A stretch of 64,000 nucleotides of DNA from Mobula hypostoma. Lineage: Eukaryota. The position numbers were made by a program, and so were the translations under genes. Shown here piece after piece: positions 1 through 12,952 of the stretch (positions within the stretch are counted from its first letter, which is position 1; each line of letters opens with the position of its first letter). The stretch is taken from positions 82,028,001 to 82,092,000 of the forward strand of contig NC_086097.1 in the NCBI RefSeq assembly GCF_963921235.1. The letters are read 5' to 3'. Below the pieces are notes generated by a model, which saw only the letters and a list, made by a program, of their open reading frames with translations, was not told where the DNA came from and ran no database searches.

Positions 1-760
1 TTGGTGTTGATATCTCTTGTTTAAATGTGCGAGATGGTGCAGTGTATCTTGTACTCCTCAGTCACGGTATAGTAATGTATGAATACAAGAAGTGGTAGAT
101 GGTGTGTTGATCAAGCTGTTTTGTCCAGGATAACATTGACGTAGTGGTGTTGGAAGTGTCTGAGCTTTGAGAGTATGATGAGTGGCTTGCCACATATTTA
201 CTCGCTCTCTCTGCTACTCCTAAAGCTGCGAAGTTTATGCAGCTGCTGCAGTTAAGTTTCTGGTCAGTACTGGTGTAGAGGATGTTGATCTGAAGATTTA
301 GCAATGTTAATGCTGAGTTTCAGATAGAAGTGATTGGATTATCTCGTTGGAGATGGCCACGGTTAGCACCTGTGTTGGGAGTATTACTTGCGACTCAGCA
401 AATAGCTGAATATTATGTTGGTAGAGGCTATGTGGAGGTAGGGCCTGTCGCACGATTGAAAGGTTTGTAAGCAGAATTCCGATCTCTGCAGTCATCAGTG
501 TTTCTGTCTGGATGATGTAGCTGACAAAGGTTAGGCCTGGCATGCTGCCCTGACAAACTCTTGCAAGTGTCCTCGGATTATGACAATGTGCTTTCTGCCA
601 CTACTGTTCATCCTTCCACAAATAACTGGTCACTTGAAAACATTTCTGCCTGGTACGAAATGATTTCAGTTTTACAAAGCAATCCTGATTCACAGGATAA
701 CATGCCACTTTGGTTATCACTGTGGCCTTAGCTGTAGAACTCAGCTGATGTACTTGCCAG
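1..760 (-). mobile_element. Highly decayed CR1/L2-type LINE remnant
   Basis: Degenerate RT-like sequence; appears to resemble the old + strand remnant near 51780-53420; no intact ORF. Confidence 0.35.
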
Positions 761-799
761 TGCTGTTGACACTCCAGGTATATTTCACTGTCTTTAAAA

Positions 800-1215
800 A
801 GAACACTGTCTTTCCCTGCACATCTCCTTTGACTTAACCTCTCTCACTTTAAATACGTGTCTTCAAGTATTAAGTATTTCAACAACGGGAAAAAGATACA
901 GGCTTTCTACTCTTATCTGTGCCTCTCATAACCTTACAGACCTCTATCAGATCTCTCCTGAGCCTCTGCTGCTCCAAAGAAAACAACTTACATTTGTCCA
1001 ACATCTCCTTGTAGCACATGCTCTCTGATTCAGGCAGCATCCTGGTAAACCTCTCCTGCACCCTCTACAAAGCTTTGGCACCCTTGCAATGATGCAGCAA
1101 CCAGAATTTAATGCACTATTCCAGATGTGGCCTAACTGGAGTTTTATAAAGCTGCAAAATAACTTCCTGACTCTTGAACTCAATTCCTTGACTAATGAAG
1201 GCAAGCATGCCATAT
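800..1215 (-). mobile_element. CR1 LINE 3' fragment (RT C-terminus)
   Basis: ORFs give GMLAFISQGIEFKSQEVILQLYKTPVRPHLE and RFTRMLP..LFSLEQQRLRRDLIEV, matching the intact copy at 47373-49418. Confidence 0.85.
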
Positions 1216-2074
1216 ACTTTCTTTATCAGCTTTCTGTTCTGTTGTAAAAATGTGGCATTACTGAGTTGGCTATTAACAAGTGCTGCTTCATAGTAATGCA
1301 CCATAACTCCTGCTGTGACTAGATAGATTAGAACAGTACTTGGGAAGGTTTGGTTTGCTTTGCTCTGTTGTTTGTCAGCTAGACAAAGCTAGACATTCAC
1401 CTTATCAGGCATCTTGGCTATTTGAATTCTGATGGTCATGATAATCTGATTCTGGAGAAAAGGGAATACACAATCTTTTTTTCCACTCTGCTGTGTTTAA
1501 GTACAGAGAAAATAAATAAACGTCAAGTTCTAACACGATGGTACTTGGACTGTTGAACTTAGTTACTTGAAATCAGCTATCTTTCTATTCTTTTATATGG
1601 GCACTGCAGTGTTAAATTATCCTTAAATTTTTTTTTCACAACTTGGATTTCAGTACAATGTTTGAAGACAGGATAAACAGGATTTGAGCCTGTACTGACA
1701 ATTTTCCAAAAGTTTGAATAATTGAAATTGAGCCTTGCAAGGAAAAACAACCATTGGACTTCTAAACACGAATAAGATGTCGATGGTTTAGTGGGGCTGG
1801 TAGAAGCTTAAAACCCAAACTAGAAGTGTGATTTTAGGATCTTGTGACATTAATTTAAATAGTGCCACTTTTGAGTCAATCTGATCAAAATAATTTGGAA
1901 TGTTGCCAATTGTAAATATTGTCAAAGCATACTGAAATCCATTGAATTTTGGCTTATACTTGTATGAAAATCAAATCTTAAATGTTACTTAGCTACATAA
2001 AATTGTAATAGTAAAAGACATTTTAAGATAGATTACATTAAGGTATGATTTAAAGAATGAAAATTGTCTTTCAG

Positions 2075-2182
2075 GCGGACAAGCGAGCACACCACAATGC
2101 TTTGGAGCGCAAGCGCAGAGATCACATTAAAGACAGCTTTCACAGTTTACGTGACTCCGTACCATCACTCCAGGGTGAAAAG
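2075..2182 (+). CDS. MAX: MAX (MYC-associated factor X) coding exon, basic region and helix 1 (equivalent to human exon 3)
   Basis: tttcag|GCG...GAAAAG|gtttgt; 108 nt, phase 0; translates [36 protein letters not shown], the MAX basic-helix sequence. Confidence 0.97.
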
Positions 2183-2332
2183 GTTTGTGTTCCACAACTT
2201 TATTTTCACCACTAGTGTTCATATTAAGCAAAATGTTTGGGGAAATAAAGTAGTTGATGTGTTAGTGTTGAGTGAGGTGAGAATATTTTTTATATCTACG
2301 GCCTCATTCCTCCAAGATGCAACACAGCGTGT

Positions 2333-2545
2333 CATAGAAAGTCATTCCTGCCTGTGGCCATCAAACTTTACAACTCCTCCCTTGGAGGGTCAGACACCCT
2401 GTGCCGATAGGCTGGTCCTGGATTTATTTCATAATTTACATATTACTATTTAACTATTTATGGTTCTATTACTATTTATTATTTATGGTGCAACTGTAAC
2501 AAAACCAATTTCCCCCTGGGATCAATGAAGTATGATTATGACTAG
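2333..2545 (+). mobile_element. Rex/Babar-type LINE 3' end
   Basis: Near-identical to about 35244-35460, ending in an (ATGACT)-like tail. Confidence 0.8.
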
Positions 2546-2729
2546 TAGATGTTGCACAAAGATGAAGCATGAGATTGCTGTGGAGCAGCAAAGGCAAATG
2601 TCTAATCTGCCTCCACAGCCACCTTGCTAAGGAACTATCAATATGAATTCTGAGATTTCTCCACTTGGCCCAATGTCCTGTCATTTATTATGCAGTCCCA
2701 TTGTCTAGCCAAATCAATAATCTTAATCA

Positions 2730-3320
2730 GGTTTTCATAGCTGTGGGAGATGGTGCGGATAATCTCTCTCTACCTATTAAATGCTTATAATGGCATGCGT
2801 CTCATAGCCTCTGACAGCCGAGTCCAGCTCCTGGCCTTTTCATGTGGCTTAGCTACTGAGCCGCATGAAGCCATTTCTGCTGGCAGGAGAAAGGACAAAG
2901 GTTGGGTTACTGGCACCTTAAAACCAGTCACTTCTGGCAGATGGGGCTTAGAAGCCGTGGTTGGCAGCTCATCTACGAGAATGAAAACTCTGATCTCAAA
3001 CCTTTGCTGCTGTGTGGCTGTACCCTCTCATGGGGAAGGCTTCGGGAGTAAACCCTGAGGGGGTGGAGGGGGGTGGGGAGAGAATCAGAATCCAAATTGG
3101 AGTTCCTAAGACAGTCTTGCATTGAGTTTGGCACCTACTGGCGAGTTCTGTGACGCTGCTGGTGCTGTTCCTTTGGATTCATCAGCTGTATGGAGATGGG
3201 GAGCCTGATGCGTGGGCAACAGCTTGCTTTCCTTATTGCACTGCCCCAAGTTGCGTATCACGTGGATAGCTAGGAAGCAACATCTATGGTCAACCCTCAC
3301 AACTGGAGGGCCTAATAATC
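2730..3320 (+). mobile_element. Non-autonomous RTE-type 5'UTR-derived element containing a candidate HDV-like ribozyme
   Basis: GC-richer island with no meaningful ORF; resembles RTE-clade 5' UTRs from memory; nested pseudoknot pairings at 2816-2889; boundaries approximate. Confidence 0.45.
2816..2889 (+). ncRNA. Candidate HDV-like self-cleaving ribozyme (possibly decayed)
   Basis: P1 AGCCGA(2816-21)/TTAGCT(2849-54), P2 CTCCTG(2828-33)/CAGGAG(2884-89), P3 GCC(2834-36)/GGC(2846-48), pyrimidine-rich L3; the order matches the HDV fold. Confidence 0.4.
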
Positions 3321-4248
3321 ACCTTGTCCTCCTGGTCCACTAGTAGATTCCTATAGCCAAGAACCACACTCTCCTGTCAGTTTTGATGTCATCTTCAAAT
3401 TTGCTAGTAATGACTCCCAAGTTACTTCAATATACACAAGAAGCAAGGAAAACTTTGAGTCTTACAGAATCCCCGAGGCACTAAAATTCACAATCCCCAA
3501 TCCTCTGGCACCAAGTCAATCTCTTGTGCAACCTCCTACTTTCCTCCAGATCTTTGATCTTTTACTCTCAATCAATTTGTCGCGTCTAACTCTTATCAAA
3601 TCATATCAAGCACATCAAATGAGACGTGTAAATGGAAGTAATAGACAGTCAGACATAATCTTTTATCAGAATTGATTAATTGGCTGACCAGTATTGTGAA
3701 GTTTCTTTGATCCTTGTTAACATAAGAGTTCAAGGTGAGGCGTTCAGCTTTATTTGCCATTTCAACAGATCATGTCTGATATTTTAAATCAATTCCACTT
3801 TCTTGCATTGACTTTCCTTAAAAACAATGTCTTTCCATTCATGCTTAATATAATTAGTGATTAACCTGCTGCCATAGCCCTCTTGGCAGAGAATTCCAAA
3901 GTTTCACTTCTCTCTTGTAGAAGAAATAACTTCTCATCTTTGTCCAAATGGTTCTGTGACCTGCGGTTCTAGATATCCCCAGGAATGGAGAATCATAATC
4001 AGTCATGCATTGTAAGAACGTTGCATGTTTCAATGAGATCATCTTTTCATTCTTGCATAGTTTGCTTAGTATTTTATTTGTTTAATAAACCTGCCACCTT
4101 TGGAATCTGGTGAACTCTGCTGCACACCCTTTATTACACCCTTTATTACTGGTACATCCTTGCGTTAGGAGATCTGTTTTTCAAATGCAGTCTACTGAGG
4201 GCGCTAAATGATGAGGCATAATGACGGTTCGAAACAGCGGATTGATTA

Positions 4249-5976
4249 CACTGGACAACAATTTTTTTTCAAAAACGTTGCTTCCTCAGAATTTCATTTT
4301 GCTTATGATAGATCGCTTGAAGCTGAACATAAAAAAACTTCAGATGACTTGGAATTCGAAGAAACAAAAAATTAACTTTTATTGCATATAATGCATTTAA
4401 TTGCATAACAGTGCTGACACTTTGCAATAGTTCAACTTAAGTTAAAAATGTTTTGCTGATGACTTTTGTTTGCACTCAGGTGTCTGAGGCTTCTCACTTA
4501 AATGTCCAACAATAATCAGCCAGCATTGATGGGTTCCAATTGCCCTGATACAGTATCTCCATGACCGCAATGTCCTGCTGAGACCTTTCACCATGTCTGG
4601 CACTGACAGCGCCAAGATTTGCAGGGAAAAAGTCTAAATGGGAACGCAGAAAATGAATCTTTAGTGACATCTTGCACTTCTTGGTTTTGTATGCTTAAAG
4701 CATGTTGTTAATCAGCTGCACGTAGCTTGGTGCTCTGTAGTTGCCAAGAAAATTTTCAACAACTTCCTTGAATGCCTTCCATGTGATTTTCCCCAGTCCC
4801 CTAGAAGTTCAAATTGCCTGTCTTTGATGACCTGTTTGATTTATGGACCTACGAAAATGCCTTCCTTAATTTTGATTTCAGTTATTCTGGGAAACATCTG
4901 TCTCAAATATCGAAATCCTTCAGAGAAATTTTTGGGTCTGGTGACGGCGGATTCTATCCTTGCAGAGTGGAATCCAGTAATTCTGCTTTTGCCTTTGACA
5001 AACCCAAGTCTCTGATCAAGTCATTTTACTCTGAGTTAGTAGAGGAGGTTCATTCAACATAAAGGGTTCAAAACCTGTATCGGTATCAGTATCGTTTTTC
5101 ATTCCTGGCTTGTGCATCATAGCATCTTCATCTGTTTCCTCTAGACTCCGTGTCCTGTTTTTCTAAAACCTGTCCTGCCATGTAGCATACCCCCTGCCTA
5201 AACATGCCCAGCTATGCCTGGACAGGATTGAAAACTTTTTCAGCTTACATTATGGGCAACATTTTAACTGACTCGAATTATGAATTGAAATAACAGATGT
5301 GCGGATTAACAGGGCCTTGTGTGCCTCGTACTTGTCTGTTACTGGTGGCTGATGCAGAAAGTCGATAATGCGGCCCGCTGTCTCCTGTTCAAGGGCACCC
5401 ACCACGTAGTAATAACTGGTGGTATCTGAAACAATTTGCCTGACCTAGAACTGGGCGAGGCTCAAACCAGACCAGGGGTTGAGTGGTCCAGAAGGTTGGC
5501 AGTTTAAGGGAAACTGCATTCTGCAGAGCCGAGTTGTTCATGCTGGGTCCAAATGCTGTTGGACCGTCGGGATCACCAATGTAGTTGTGCTGATATGCAA
5601 CAAGTGAAAGCAACACACTGAGTCAAGCAGGGTCTGGTTGAACTGTTTACTGTTTCAATCCGTGCGCGCTTAAGTGCCCACTCCCAGCATCCCCCGCTCT
5701 TTGCGGGACAGAAGTGACGTCGGCTTCCGGGCCAAGGTCTGTCCCGTACTCAAAGCCCTCTCGGTTGCCACTGGCTGTGGACTCACCCACGACTGCTGGA
5801 GCCGGTTCGCTTGCCACGTGAGCAAGCAGCCACAAATTTCAAATTAATAAATTTTCTATTTAAGAATAAAGAGGTGCGTAGTAGGGAAACTCCATGGTGA
5901 TTTTTCACGATCAGCAGCCCAAAATCATAAGATACATCCAAAAGTATTCAGGAAGCAAAATCTTTGTTGTCCAGTG
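4249..5976 (-). mobile_element. Chapaev3 (CMC superfamily) DNA transposon, internally deleted
   Basis: TIRs CACTGGACAACAA...TTGTTGTCCAGTG; 3-bp TTA duplication (4246-48, 5977-79); minus-strand remnants NDLIRDLGLSKAKAELL, MSLKIHFLRSHLDFFP, HGERSQQDIAVME..YQGNWNPSMLADYCW. Confidence 0.88.
5300..5834 (-). mobile_element. Gypsy LTR retrotransposon 5' fragment: LTR (5834-5580), tRNA-Trp-type PBS (5578-5565) and gag start
   Basis: LTR bounded by TG...CA; PBS TGGTGATCCCGACG; ATG at 5541 gives MNNSALQNAVSLKLPTFWTTQPLVWF, then frameshifted YYYVVGALEQETAGRIIDFL. Confidence 0.8.
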
Positions 5977-7414
5977 TTATTTTTGAAATTGCCTCAGCTT
6001 GGAACTGATAGCCAAAATGAAGGAAGTCATTTTTGCTGTTTAAAATGGATTAAAAGATAGATAATCAAAAATAAGACAGCAATAATTTGGTTGATCAACA
6101 TCTTGATATATACCCTCCCCCCCCCGACCCCTCCCCTGTATTTCTCTGAGAAAAGGAGTAAATTATTGTAGGTTTTATAAGAACAGTAAGATCACATACT
6201 TATCTTGCAAAGCATTTTGGACTGCCCGGAGATGACTTGTGTAAGAGCATACATGAGATAAGAAGATACCTTTTTCATAGGTTCAAAGATGAGGAATATC
6301 TTTGAACCTATGGTTTATAAGTAATGATGTATTGTAAATCTTGAAAAACTATATTTGTCAAATATAATTATACAAGATTTTTCTGTTTCTAGTTTATTAC
6401 TAAAGGAACAATATTTTCATGAGAAATTGTTTTGTGGCACTTCATAGGTTTTAAGGTTTTTAATAATTGAAAATGAAAATAGTGAAACTGTAAATTGGGG
6501 TCTTTAAACTGAAACAGCGACTCTTTCCATAGATGCTACCAGACCTGCAGAAAGCTTCCAGAATTTCCTGTTTTAAATTGTAACCTAATTGGCTTTTTGA
6601 TAATCAGATATTAGAGCTGCGCAGGCTTTCTTCCTGCATGCTGACAATTTGATTGTTTAGGATGTATTCCTGACCAATATATTTGTATTCCTGTCAGCCA
6701 GAATATTACCCCGGTATTCACAAAAGGAATGTCATTATTTCTACCTCTATCCCACCCCATTCAATCTGCCATTCAGTTTATTTGCAAAATGTACTTTTTA
6801 AAGCAGTAGGAGAAGTTTGGAGAAGAGAAACTGTTTAAAGCTCTTCAGTTACAAGACATTTTACTTTTACAAAAATGGAAGTGGAGGGAAGCTTCTGTTA
6901 GAATTGAAAGTTATGTTTTAATTGCTTGAAAGGAATTTGTGTCGTTATGAAAGTCTATGGTCCAAATTGATTGTGGCTGGAACACAGTTTTAAAAAAAAT
7001 ATAACTGAAGAAAACCATGTAGTTTTTTAATGGCTCAGATTTCTTGCTGAGTGTTTCAGTCACAGCCTGCTAAACCCACTTCACCTGTTTGAGGGTTGCT
7101 GAGCACTAAGCTGGTTCCAGAATGTCAGGACTTGAGCAGTATGGAGCTCCAATGATTATATGTGGCAGCTACACCCAGAGGTCTGACAGGCTGGATGCAC
7201 TGTTGTTGTTTCTGGTGAGATCTAACACCAGGAGTCACAGTCTCAGTTTATAGAACAAGATGTTTACAGCTGAACTAGGGAAAAGTTTGCAAAATTAGGG
7301 GTCATGGGCTGAATGTATACTGGCAACATATTTCTTGACACAAGGCATTAAGAGCTATGAGAAGAGAGGGAAATGGTATTGAGGATCAGTCATGAATTCT
7401 TTGAATCGTGGAGC

Positions 7415-8090
7415 AGAATCAGAATCAGGTTTATTATCACTGGCATGTGTCATGAAATTTGTTAACTTAGCAGCAGTTCAATGCAATACATAATATAGAA
7501 GAAAAGCAATTAATGAATTATAACATATGTATATTGAATAGATTAAAAATCATGCAAAATCAGGTTTCTATACCTCCTACCTGATGATAGCAATGAGAAA
7601 AGGGCAGGCCCTGGGTGCTGGGGGTCCTTAATAATGGACACTACTTTTCTGAGACACTGCTCCTTGAAAATATCCTGGGGTACTTTGTAGGCTAGTACCC
7701 AAGATGGAGCTGACTAAATTTACGACCCCCTGTAGCTTCTCTGTGCAGTAGCTGTCTTCCCACCCCTCCCCCCACCCTGTACCAGACAGTGATGCAGCCT
7801 GTCAGAATGCTCTCCACAGTGCATTTATAGAAGTTTTTGAGTGTTTTTGTTGACATACAAAATCTCTTCAAACTCCTAATGAAGTATAGTTGCTGTCTTG
7901 CCTTCTTTGTAGCTGCATCCTGTTGGGTCCAGGTTAGGTCCTCAGAGATCTTGACACCCAGGAACTTGAAGCTGCTCACTCTCTCCACTTCTGATCCCTC
8001 TATGTGGATTGGTATGTGTTACTTCGTCTTGCCCTTCCTGAAGTCCACAATCAACTCTTTCATCTTACTGACGTTGAGTGCAAGGTTGTC
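7415..8090 (-). mobile_element. Rex/Babar (L2-related) LINE 3' fragment
   Basis: ORF 7692-7988 ERVSSFKFLGVKISEDLTW..KKARQQLYFIRSLKRF..FYKCTVESILTGCITVWY; (TCTGAT)n tail at 7415-7428. Confidence 0.85.
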
Positions 8091-9159
8091 ATATGACCTA
8101 GAGCTGCTGTTATTTTTCTACGTTTCTATAAATTGCACTGGCTGCACAGTAAACCGTGCCAGACTTAGTAGCTGTCAAGGACTGAATATTTGTTAATATC
8201 TAACTGACATTTTGCTTTTTATTGTATTAGTTGTCAGTAATACTCAGTGTACTGGGCAGTATATAAATGAATTTAAATTAATTCAGGTTAAATCAAATTT
8301 TTGTAATGTAAGGCATGCTTAACTTTTCTGTTTCTGTTCAAATTATTTAGCTTGTTGTAGTTGAACCAGATCTAGTATTCATAAACTTTGCAAAATTATG
8401 CAGATAAATGTCTGCAGTTCCATGCAAGTCTGCTAGCTTTTGTAGAAAATTGATATATTTTAAATGTAGATTTAAAAAAATCGTGTAGACAATATTTTGT
8501 AACTGGTGTTTGATGATCAAGTTAAAATGAGAATTAATTTTGGGTTCCTATTTTAGATTAATTTGATGTGTCGCTATTAAAGGGTACAGGTAATTATGTA
8601 GTACAGTATCATTTACTTGTTAGCATGTAGGATACATTTGACCAGGTGAAATCTTTAATTTTGCTTTCTTTGCCATTGTTCTTGCATCACATTTTATTAG
8701 TTGTGTTTTTTGGTTGTACTTCAGTTGCATAATAGTCTAATAGAGCTTTCATAACATCTAATTATAAAAGGACCAAAAGTATCTGGTGGAAAGGACGTAC
8801 TGCAGGATGCTTAAAGTTTGGCAGCAGCAGCAGTGACCACAATGTAATTGGAGGGAAAATGATCTTGACCTGTGGGACAACACTGCATTTCTGATAGAAA
8901 TTTGGTTAAATCAAAGTGCCCTTTAAAGGGGCATCTAATTGTCAACCAAATTGATGTGTTGCAGTTGTTTCTGAGCTGGATTGGATGAGGATGATGGATT
9001 TTAATTTCCTTCAACATAATAGTGAACAACAATACTGCGTACGTCTTGAGCACATGTAATAGAATTGTGTAAAGCAAAGATGTTTTCAAATATAATGAAA
9101 TGAAAAGTTTCTGAATGTCAAAAAATACTATAAACAGCAGTAAAACAGTTCTTAAAAAA

Positions 9160-10583
9160 AGAACTAAAATCAATTTTTGTTGTGACCATCCTGTGTCTTT
9201 AAAACTGCATCATTTCTCTTTGGTACACCGTCATGCAGTTTTATAAGAAAATTGGCCAGTAGGTTGTTCCAAGCATCTTGGAGAACTTCCCAAAGTTCTT
9301 CTGCAGACTTCGGCTGTCTTGCTTGCTTCTATCTCTCCAGGTAATCCCAGATAACCTTCATAATGTTGAGATCATGGCTCTGTGGAGGTCATACCATCTG
9401 TTGCAGAACTATTTGTTCTTTTTTTTTTGCTGAAGATAGTTCTTTATGACCATGGCCATGTGTTTGGAGTCATTGTCCTGCTGCAGAATGAAGTTGGGAC
9501 TGATTAGATACCTCCCTGAGGGTATTATATTATTATGTGACAGATGGGAATCTGCTTGTACTTTTTCATTGAGGGTTCCATTAATTCTGGCCAGATCACC
9601 AACTCTGTTTGCAGAACTGTAGCCCCAAACCTGAATGCAACCTTCGCCATGCTTCACTGTTGGTTGCAGAGAGTCACCGTTGTAGCACTCGCCAGCTCTT
9701 CTGCAGACTTCCTGTTTGAGCCACAAATTTTAAATTTTGACTCGTCAGACCAAAGCACTTGATACTATTGTCAGCACCCCAGTCCTTGTGTTTTATGTGT
9801 AGATGAATCTCTTGGCTTTGCTTCCACTTCAGTGGAATAGCTTTTTGGCAGCAACTCGTTCATGAAGACCACTTCTGACTGTAGAGGGGTGTACATGCGT
9901 TCCAGTGGTTTCTGTGAGTTCAGAGCTGATAGCAGTGTTGAACTATTTCCAATTTAAGAGGGACGTCAGTTTGATGTATCTCTTATCTGCTATACTCAGT
10001 TTCTACGGCCATCCGCTGTGTTTCTGGTCCTCTACCTTGCTGGTGTTTCTTCGTGCTTCTTCAGAAGAGCTTGGACAGCACATTTTGTAATTCCTGTCTA
10101 GCTTTGGAAAGACCTTGCTGATCCAGGGTGACAACCTTGTCTTGTTGCTATTTTCCCTTTTGCCATGGTGTAAGAATTGATGACTTGAAGGTTAAACTCA
10201 CATCTGCTACAACCTTGCCTTTTAGTTTGGTTATCCTTCAGCCAGTTTGTTCCTTCTACACCCGTTTCTGTTTCAGTTTGTTTAGTTCATTCAACTCATG
10301 ATGCCATGGATCATTGGCATCTGCTTACCTTGGTTTAATCACTCACTGGACTAGATACCTACAGAGTAATCAAGTTTTTATTTGAAATGTGGTCTATTAT
10401 TTAATATGTTACTTTAATGAAATACAAATTATTCTCTAACGTTTAATTTTTTTTGCAAAATGATTGATAATCTAAAATTTGCTCTTTTCTACTGACACTC
10501 TAATGCAGAATACAGACAAACATCCAAAACAAAATGTATGTAAAAATCAAGGAGGCCTAGCCTAAGACTTCTGCACTGTACTG
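9160..10583 (-). mobile_element. Decayed Tc1-like transposon
   Basis: ORF 9409-9726 PTVKHGEGCIQVWG...FILQQDNDSKH, followed by PPQSHDLNIM..IWDYLER; one TIR (CAGTACAGTGCAGAAGTCTTAGGC on -) ends at 10583. Confidence 0.85.
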
Positions 10584-10589
10584 CAGATA

Positions 10590-10755
10590 GGTTTTTCAAC
10601 AACCCAGCAGTTTCATGCCTACTGTGCTGGGAATAACAATTTCTAATTCCATGTTTGTTTAACTTAATTTAAATTTCTCAGATGCCATGTTCAGATTTGA
10701 TGTTATCACTCTGAATGAACTCTTGACTTCTGATGCCGTAATTTAACCTCTTTTC
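10590..10755 (-). repeat. Old tRNA-derived SINE fragment
   Basis: Similar to + strand copies at about 43495-43705 and 49820-50090 (B-box-like TTCAAATCC, shared body). Confidence 0.4.
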
Positions 10756-12270
10756 TGCCACATCTTAAATTGGTATTCGAAGTCCTTTGCTCTGTGGGCA
10801 ACATCATGCAGTTTAATAAACCAAAAGACATGGCAGTGGAATTAGCCATTCAGCCCATTGGGTCTGCTCCACCAATTGTTTGTGGTTAATCCCTTTCTAT
10901 CTCAATCCCATTCTCCTACCTTCTCCCTGTAACCTTTCATGCCCTGATTTATCAACAATATGTCAACCTCCACCTTAAATACACCCAATGACCTGGCCTC
11001 CACAGCTGCCTGTGGCAACAAATTCCACAGATTAACCACCCTCTGGCTAAAGAAATTCTTCCTGCTAGAGTTCTAAATGGACCTCCCTGCACTGAGGTTG
11101 TGCCCTCTGGTTCTAGACTCCCCCACTATAGGAAACATCCTCTCCACATCTCAACATTCAGTAGGTTTTAATGAAATCCCCCATATTTCTTCTGAATTTC
11201 AGTGAGTATATGATAATTTAATACTGCATTTGCCTTCCTCACCACCGACTCAACCTACAAATTAACCTTGCCTGAGGACAGCAAGTCACTTTGCACCTCG
11301 AATTTTTGAAATTTCTCCCAGCTTAGAAAATTGTCTACACTTTTATTCTTCCTATCAAAGTGCATGACCACACTGTATTCCATTGGTTACTTCCTTGCCC
11401 TTTCTCATGATCAATAAGTCCTCCTTGTAGCCTCCCTGTTTCCTTAACACTACCTGTCCTTCCACCTTTTGTCCTCAAAGCTATCAATTCCATCATCCAA
11501 ATCATTAACATACAACGTAAAGAGAAGCGGTCCCAACACTGACTGTGTGGAACACCACTAGTCACAGTCACAGGCAACCAATCAGAAAAGGCTCCCTTCC
11601 TGCCCGCTCTTTGCCTTCTGCCTAGCAGCCAATGCTCTATCCATGCTGCTCTCTTTCCTGAAATACCATGGGCTCTTATCTTGCTATGCAGCACCTTTTC
11701 AAAGGACTTCTGAAAATCCAAATACACAACATCCACTGATTCTCCTTTGTCTTTCTGCTTGTTAAGAGGGCTGATTGATAAGTTTGTGGCCTAAGGTAGA
11801 AGGAGTCAATTTTAGAAAACCTAGCACACTTATTTTTAACATAGTCTCCTCCTACATTTACACACGTAGTCCAGCAGTCGTGGAGCATACGGATCCCTTC
11901 TTTGTAGAAGTCGGCATCTTGGACCTCCAGAAAGTGGTCCACAGCAGGGGTGATTGATAAGTTTGTGGCCTAAAGTAGAAGGAGATGGGTTATTAACTTC
12001 AAATTTTCTGCATAACCACTCGGAGTTGAATTGCACCTGCATTAATGAGAGCTGTATAACTCATCTCCTTCTACCTTAGGCCACGAACTTATCAATCACC
12101 CCTGCTGTGGATCACTTCCGGAGGTCCAAGATGCCAGATGCCGACTTCTACAAAGAAGGGATCCGTATGCTCCATGACCGTTGGACTAAATGTGTAAATG
12201 TAGAAGGGGCAACCCACATAAAATTTGCTGGTGAAACAGCAGACCAGGCAGCATCTATAGGAAGAGGTAC

Positions 12271-12306
12271 AGTCGACGTTTCGGGCCGAGACCCTTCGTC
12301 AGGACT
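12271..12306 (-). ncRNA. Minimal type-I hammerhead ribozyme motif (Penelope-associated), intact core
   Basis: Minus strand reads AGTC-CTGACGA-AGGGTCTCGGCCC-GAAA-CGTC-GACT: stem I AGTC/GACT, CUGANGA and GAAA cores, stem II GGGT/GCCC, GUC cleavage triplet. Confidence 0.85.
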
Positions 12307-12952
12307 AACTGAAAGAAGAGATAGTAAGAGATTTGAGAGGGGGAAGGGGAGATCCGAAATGTTAGGAGAAGACAGGAGATGGAGGGATGGAGCTAAGAGC
12401 TGGAAAGTTGATTGGCAAAAGGGATACGAGGCTGGAGAAGGGAGAGGATCATGGGACAGGAGGCCTAGGGAGAAAGAAGAGGGGTGGAGAAGCCAAGAGG
12501 ATGGGCAAGGAGTTATAGTGAGAGGGACAGAGGGAGGAAAAAAGAGAAGGGGGAAAAAGAAAAGAAAAAATTAGTAATAAATAAGGGATGGGGTACGAAG
12601 GGGAGGTGGGGGTGTTCAGCGAAACTGTCGTCCAGCCTGCGTCGGATCTCGTTGCATTGAGAGCACCGGATGCAGTACATCACCCCAGCCAACTCACAGG
12701 TGAAGTGTCGCCTCACCTGGAAGGACTGTCTGGGGCCCTGAATGGTGGTAAGGGAGGAAGTGTAAGGGCATGTGTAGCACTTGTTCCGCTTACAAGGATA
12801 AGAACCGGGAGGGAGATCGGTGGGGAGGGATGGGGGGACGAATGGACAAGGGAGTCGCGTAGGGAATGATCCCTGCAGAAAGCAGAAGGAGGGGGAGGGA
12901 AAGATGTGCTTAGTGGTGGGATTCCGTTGGAGGTGGCGGAAGTTATGGAGAA

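Noticed and set aside
2064..2453. 129-aa ORF overlapping the MAX exon
   Set aside because: It is in the wrong frame and runs through the intron into a LINE tail; the real frame is defined by the splice sites.
11765..12103. Repeated 40-bp motif with spacers resembling a CRISPR array
   Set aside because: The repeats are mariner TIRs in both orientations, the spacers are long, there are no cas genes and the context is eukaryotic.
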